The position numbers and the translations under genes are program-made. From the NCBI GenBank assembly GCA_963743615.1, contig CAVUQF010000003.1, positions 132,944 to 196,943 of the forward strand: a DNA stretch of 64,000 nucleotides, written 5' to 3'. The notes under the pieces are model-generated. The model was given only the letters and a program-made list of their open reading frames with translations, was not told where the DNA came from and did not search any database. The stretch is from an uncultured Nanoarchaeota archaeon (GTDB taxonomy: Archaea; Nanobdellota; Nanobdellia; Pacearchaeales; GW2011-AR1). This document shows, piece after piece, positions 59,015 to 64,000 of this stretch; position 1 is the stretch's first letter, and each line of letters starts with the position of its first letter.

Positions 59015-59827
59015 TTAAGCTGCGTTTATTGCAGCCTGCATCTCAGTCGTTGAAGCCTGAACAGATTGTCCATTCACAAAGAACGAAGGTGTTCCCTGGA
59101 AGTTTGTTACCCCTGTTTGTACATCGCTCATTACCTGATTGACTTCTGCCGAATCAGTGTTATTGTTTAGGCAACTGTTGAATTTATTCATATCCAATCC
59201 GGAAATACTTTGTGCAATTATCGTTAAGTTTGCATTTGAGTATTTTCCATCGTCTTCACTCAAATCATTTGCAGTAAAGAGTGCATCATGCATCTGCCAG
59301 AACTTACCCTGATCTAGTGCACAAAATCCTGCTTCTGCTGCATTAACTGACTCTTGCCCCAAGAAACTCATTGATACATAAATAAATCTTATCTTCCCCT
59401 GTTGTGCCATCTGTTCTAACTGAGTTGCAACTCCAAAGTATGGTACTTGAGTTGAATACTGCTTTGACTGACTAGACAATCCTGCAGCCAAAGCACAGTA
59501 TGGGCATTGGAAGTCCGCCAGCTCAACTACAGTTGCTTTTGCGCTAGTTGGTCCAAGGGCAGGAAATAAGCTAGAATCCGAGAATATGTTCATATTTATT
59601 GTTGATGTTGATGATGTTGCACTCGCGCTGCCAGCATTTCCAGTGTTTGTAACATAGCCTGAAGGCTTCATGATTCCAAATCCTCCTGTAAATACACTTA
59701 CGACAAGCAGGGCCAAAAGTACAAAGACACCAACTCCCCACAAAGTACTTTTCTTTAGGGTTATTGTTTTGCCTTCATGTTTGAGCTCGTGTTCATGTTC
59801 GTGCTCCTTTGGTTTTTCTTCAGCCAT
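59015..59827 (-). CDS. DsbA-like thioredoxin-fold protein, membrane anchored
   Basis: ELADFQCPYC, AAEAGFCALDQGKFWQMHDALF, GTPSFFVNG; GGAGGT SD upstream. Confidence 0.9.
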   Translation of the reverse strand: MAEEKPKEHEHEHELKHEGKTITLKKSTLWGVGVFVLLALLVVSVFTGGFGIMKPSGYVTNTGNAGSASATSSTSTINMNIFSDSSLFPALGPTSAKATVVELADFQCPYCALAAGLSSQSKQYSTQVPYFGVATQLEQMAQQGKIRFIYVSMSFLGQESVNAAEAGFCALDQGKFWQMHDALFTANDLSEDDGKYSNANLTIIAQSISGLDMNKFNSCLNNNTDSAEVNQVMSDVQTGVTNFQGTPSFFVNGQSVQASTTEMQAAINAA

Positions 59828-59916
59828 TTTTTTTACCTCCTTTCAGCTCTTTCATTTTTTTAAGAGAGAATCACCCTATAAAAAGATTGTGGAGTCTTAA
59901 TCAAAAGCTCAAATTT

Positions 59917-61101
59917 TTATCTGCTTATTATTTCTAAGGCATCGCGATTCTTGAGCTTGTAATCTCTCCCAAGAGTTTTCTTTGTTCTGGCATCGATTGC
60001 TCTTATAAAATTCTTGCCAAAATCTGTGTGAAGGAAGTACGCAAAGTCAAGGGCTGTGCTTTCGGGGGGAAGCAGGAAGCAGTCAGGCAGAGTTCTTCCC
60101 TTGCTGTCCTTGAGTTTTGTTGCTCCCGCGGGGAAGATTGCGAGATATTTCAGCAGACCGAAAACCGCCTTGTTTAAAATTGCCTGCACACCCGTTCCGT
60201 TTTCATATTGTTCAAGAACATTTTTTCTTATTTTTTTTAATGCTTCTTTCTGTGATTCTGTGATTTCTTTTATTATCTTGAAATCTCTATCTCCAGGAAT
60301 ATATTCTATCAATCCAGATTTGGCTGCTTCCCTAAGTGCTAATTCAGAGTCTGCAGAACATGGAATGATAACGAGATTAGGGAATTTCTTTTTTAATTTG
60401 TCATAGTTTTCTTTACCTTTTTCAGTATCTATTTTGTTTGCTGCAACTATCATAGGCTTGCTTTCCTTTCTTAATGCGGATGTGAATTTTTTTACCTGAT
60501 CCTCGTTCCATTGGCTTGGTTTTTCCTTGAAATCTAATTTTCTTAAAACTGACTTTATCTGATCTTCGTTTACTTTCAGTCCGGAGAATTGCTTCGCGAC
60601 AGCTTGCGAGAAACTTACTTCCTCGATTTCCGATTTTCTTACAAAGCTTTTCCATACTTTCATGAAAATGTTATAATACCACTTGTCCAATTCATCATCA
60701 AGAAATTCTATGTCTTTTGAAATATCATAATTTTCCGTTTCTTTTCCTTCCTGATCTGTTGTTCCGGATGCATCTACAATGTGGATAAAGACATCTGCAT
60801 CTCTTAGATCGTCTAGGAATTGGTTTCCCAGTCCTTTTCCCTCGCTTGCTCCAGGAACAAGGCCTGCAACATCAAGGAGATCTATTGGAACAAAACGCTG
60901 GTGATTCATACAAAATCCGTGGGCAGGATTGCACTGGGTGTTGAATTCTTTGTCTATGCAGTCAATTCTTACATATCCCACTCCGTGGTTTGGTTTTATT
61001 GTTGTAAAAGGATATGATGCTATTTCGACTTCTGCGAGAGTTGCAGCCTTGAAAAAAGTAGATTTTCCGACACTAGGTTTTCCGATAAGTCCTATGAGCA
61101 T
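59917..61101 (-). CDS. ychF: Redox-regulated ATPase YchF (OBG family), archaeal
   Basis: GKPSVGKSTFF, YPFTTIKPN, DVAGLVPGA..GKGLGNQFLDDL, ANKID, TGS domain. Confidence 0.93.
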   Translation of the reverse strand: MLIGLIGKPSVGKSTFFKAATLAEVEIASYPFTTIKPNHGVGYVRIDCIDKEFNTQCNPAHGFCMNHQRFVPIDLLDVAGLVPGASEGKGLGNQFLDDLRDADVFIHIVDASGTTDQEGKETENYDISKDIEFLDDELDKWYYNIFMKVWKSFVRKSEIEEVSFSQAVAKQFSGLKVNEDQIKSVLRKLDFKEKPSQWNEDQVKKFTSALRKESKPMIVAANKIDTEKGKENYDKLKKKFPNLVIIPCSADSELALREAAKSGLIEYIPGDRDFKIIKEITESQKEALKKIRKNVLEQYENGTGVQAILNKAVFGLLKYLAIFPAGATKLKDSKGRTLPDCFLLPPESTALDFAYFLHTDFGKNFIRAIDARTKKTLGRDYKLKNRDALEIISR

Positions 61102-61175
61102 AAAGTAGGATTATGAAGATATTATTTAAACTATTTGCTGATAAATTTATAAGTTCAATACCTGTTATTTCCTTC

Positions 61176-61649
61176 ATGGATAGGGGCGAGAGAGTTCTTG
61201 AAATTGCAAACAAGATTGTTGACCAACTTAAGCCATTCTGCATTAAAATTGAGATTGTTGGGAGTATTAGGAGAAAGAAATCAAACCCAAGGGACATAGA
61301 TCTTGTTTTGATTGCAAAAAAGAAAGAGTACAAGCTTAAAATGAAAGAATTACTAAGCAAAGAGGGGAAATTCTTGCAGGGAGGAGACAAAGAAATGTTT
61401 TTCAGAGTGGAAGGAATAGATTTACAACTGTTTTTTACTGTTGTTGATGAGTGGGGTGCTGCTTTGCTGGCTTATTCTGGGAAAAAAGGTTCTAATATTG
61501 GGCTGAGGCTTGTTGCAATGAGAAGAGGACTGAAGCTGACTAATCATGGGCTTTTCAGGAGGTCCGATGGAAAAATGCTTGCAGGGAAAACTGAAAGAGA
61601 AATTTATGAAGCTTTGGGAAGATCTTACAAGGAACCTTGGAAAAGATGA
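61176..61649 (+). CDS. Minimal stand-alone PolX-family nucleotidyltransferase (palm and thumb only)
   Basis: IVGSIRRKK...DIDLV, WGAALLAYSG...NIGLR..A...GLKL..HGLF, TEREIYEALG; ATG 61176. Confidence 0.82.
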   Translation: MDRGERVLEIANKIVDQLKPFCIKIEIVGSIRRKKSNPRDIDLVLIAKKKEYKLKMKELLSKEGKFLQGGDKEMFFRVEGIDLQLFFTVVDEWGAALLAYSGKKGSNIGLRLVAMRRGLKLTNHGLFRRSDGKMLAGKTEREIYEALGRSYKEPWKR

Positions 61650-61858
61650 GAATTTATGTTAAGGTAAATCCTTCTTCAGCTAAACAAGAAATAATTCCTT
61701 TAGGAGCAGATAAGTATAAGGTATTTCTCAAATCTCCACCTGAAAATGGCAAGACAAATATTGAGCTGATTAAGCTATTACATAAATATTTTAAAAAGGA
61801 AGTCGCAATAAAATCTGGTTTTACATCCAGGAATAAAATTATAGAGATCAAACAATGA
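61646..61858 (+). CDS. DUF167 (YggU-like) protein
   Basis: VKVNPSS...SPPENGKTNIELIKLL...IKSGFTSRNK. Confidence 0.85.
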   Translation: MRIYVKVNPSSAKQEIIPLGADKYKVFLKSPPENGKTNIELIKLLHKYFKKEVAIKSGFTSRNKIIEIKQ

Positions 61859-62253
61859 GATATGAACCAGCCCCGGACTTGCAAGAGAAGGCAGAGGAGA
61901 TTTCAAGAAGCCTGTTTCCTCATATAAAATTAGAGAGGGTAAAATACTTCCGGAGTTTTGGGAGTTCTTCAAGAGGAACAATTGCTCGATGCCATGCACT
62001 TGGAAAGATTTTGCAAAAAACAATTGGAGTAGAGGCATATTATGCTCTGGAGTTTATTTCAGAGAGATTTGACAAGATGGATGAGGAGGAAAAATTGAAA
62101 GTTATAATACATGAGCTGATGCATATCCCAAAAACTTTTGGTGGAGGATTCAAGCACCATGATTTCGTGTGCGAAAGAAATGTCAACTTATACTATAGAG
62201 AATACAAAAAGAGGACTGCAGATGCAACAAAAAATAATTTTAGATTTTGGTAA
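61855..62253 (+). CDS. Putative metallopeptidase (HEXXH)
   Basis: TIARCH, VIIHELMHIP, HHD. Confidence 0.8.
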   Translation: MRYEPAPDLQEKAEEISRSLFPHIKLERVKYFRSFGSSSRGTIARCHALGKILQKTIGVEAYYALEFISERFDKMDEEEKLKVIIHELMHIPKTFGGGFKHHDFVCERNVNLYYREYKKRTADATKNNFRFW

Positions 62254-62569
62254 GAAAAAAATCTTGGTTGAAGCTCATAAAGTTGGATCTGTTGGAAAGA
62301 CCGTCGGCTTGATGTTTTCCCGAAGAGAAAAAGCCAAAATCTTATTATTCAAATTTGAAAAACCGACAAGACTTGCGATACATTCTTTTTTTGTTTTTTA
62401 TCCTTTTATTGCGGTTTGGGTTGACAGCGAGGGGAAAGTTATAGAGACCAAAAGAGTAAATCCGTTTATTCCATACATTATTCCTGAAAAAGACTTTATC
62501 TCCCTCGTGGAAATACCACTGAATAGAAAATACAAAAAAATTACCGACGACATAGAAAGATTTAAATAG
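62222..62569 (+). CDS. DUF192 family protein
   Basis: GLMFSRR...LLFKF......IHSFFVFYPFIAVWVD; ATG 62222. Confidence 0.8.
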   Translation: MQQKIILDFGKKKILVEAHKVGSVGKTVGLMFSRREKAKILLFKFEKPTRLAIHSFFVFYPFIAVWVDSEGKVIETKRVNPFIPYIIPEKDFISLVEIPLNRKYKKITDDIERFK

Positions 62570-62616
62570 AACTTGCTTCTTTTCTTTTAAGCATAAAAGC
62601 AAAAAGGAGGTGGAAA

Positions 62617-62760
62617 ATGGGGACAATTATTGTTAAGAATGTTATAAAGAGAAAGCCTGGATTCCTTTATTATGTTGATGGTAAGGGAAATGTTTGCGAA
62701 GCAAAGATGTCTAGAGGCGGAAAAAAGAAATCTACTAAGAAGAAAGCAAAGAAGAAGTAA
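62617..62760 (+). CDS. Small basic protein, possibly nucleoid-associated (CC1-like)
   Basis: MGTIIVKNVIKRKPGFLYYVDGKGNVCEAKMSRGGKKKSTKKKAKKK (47 aa); strong SD aggaggtg upstream; missed by the ORF track. Confidence 0.75.
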   Translation: MGTIIVKNVIKRKPGFLYYVDGKGNVCEAKMSRGGKKKSTKKKAKKK

Positions 62761-62831
62761 AAATAATATTCATTTTTTTAATTTTTTTTAATTTTTGATA
62801 AATTTTTAAACGTCAGTTGTTAGTTAGTTTT

Positions 62832-63828
<997 letters not shown>

Positions 63829-63875
63829 ATCCTCTTTTTCATAAATGTTATATACTTTGAATATATTTTGATTTT

Positions 63876-64000
63876 ATGAACAAAAAAGTTTTGATTGTTT
63901 CCTTATTTTTCTCTATTATTCTGTTTGTTTTGCTGATTTCTTTTACAGCTTATGAAATATCAACCACCTATAATGCCCATGCAACTTTCAGTGGTTATTG
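63876..64000 (+). CDS. Partial secreted/membrane protein (runs off window end)
   Basis: MNKKVLIVSLFFSIILFVLLISFTAYEIST..., signal-like start. Confidence 0.55.
   Translation, partial: MNKKVLIVSLFFSIILFVLLISFTAYEISTTYNAHATFSGY

Overview
AT-rich, gene-dense archaeal chromosome segment. The gene set (aRF1, archaeal ValRS, Sec61beta, NAC, Dph2, Kae1, intron-containing tRNAs, TATA boxes just upstream of start codons, type IV pilin-like and S-layer-like proteins) fits a DPANN archaeon, most likely Pacearchaeota (inference). It holds housekeeping genes, five tRNAs (Thr-GGT and Glu-CTC with BHB introns; Gln-CTG, Ile-GAT, Ser-CGA), a MacB/FtsX-type ABC cluster, a sugar-modifying cluster (GT4 fusion, GH100-like, GH130, GT4, PIG-L, NagB), a small SufB-SufU-SufC operon, repeat-rich surface proteins and a redox cluster. 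The most striking unexplained structure lies at tRNA-Thr: two single-gene cassettes of about 0.6 kb in tandem. Each ends in a conserved ~45-bp hairpin that copies the tRNA acceptor stem and shows a compensatory base change, and each starts with the same 12-bp arm. No integrase is in the window, so this looks like a tRNA-anchored, integron-like cassette array. A second tRNA hotspot has a LAGLIDADG ORF reading into tRNA-Ser, followed by an orphan tRNA 3' fragment. Several frameshifts (kae1, two surface proteins, one small gene) may be sequencing errors.
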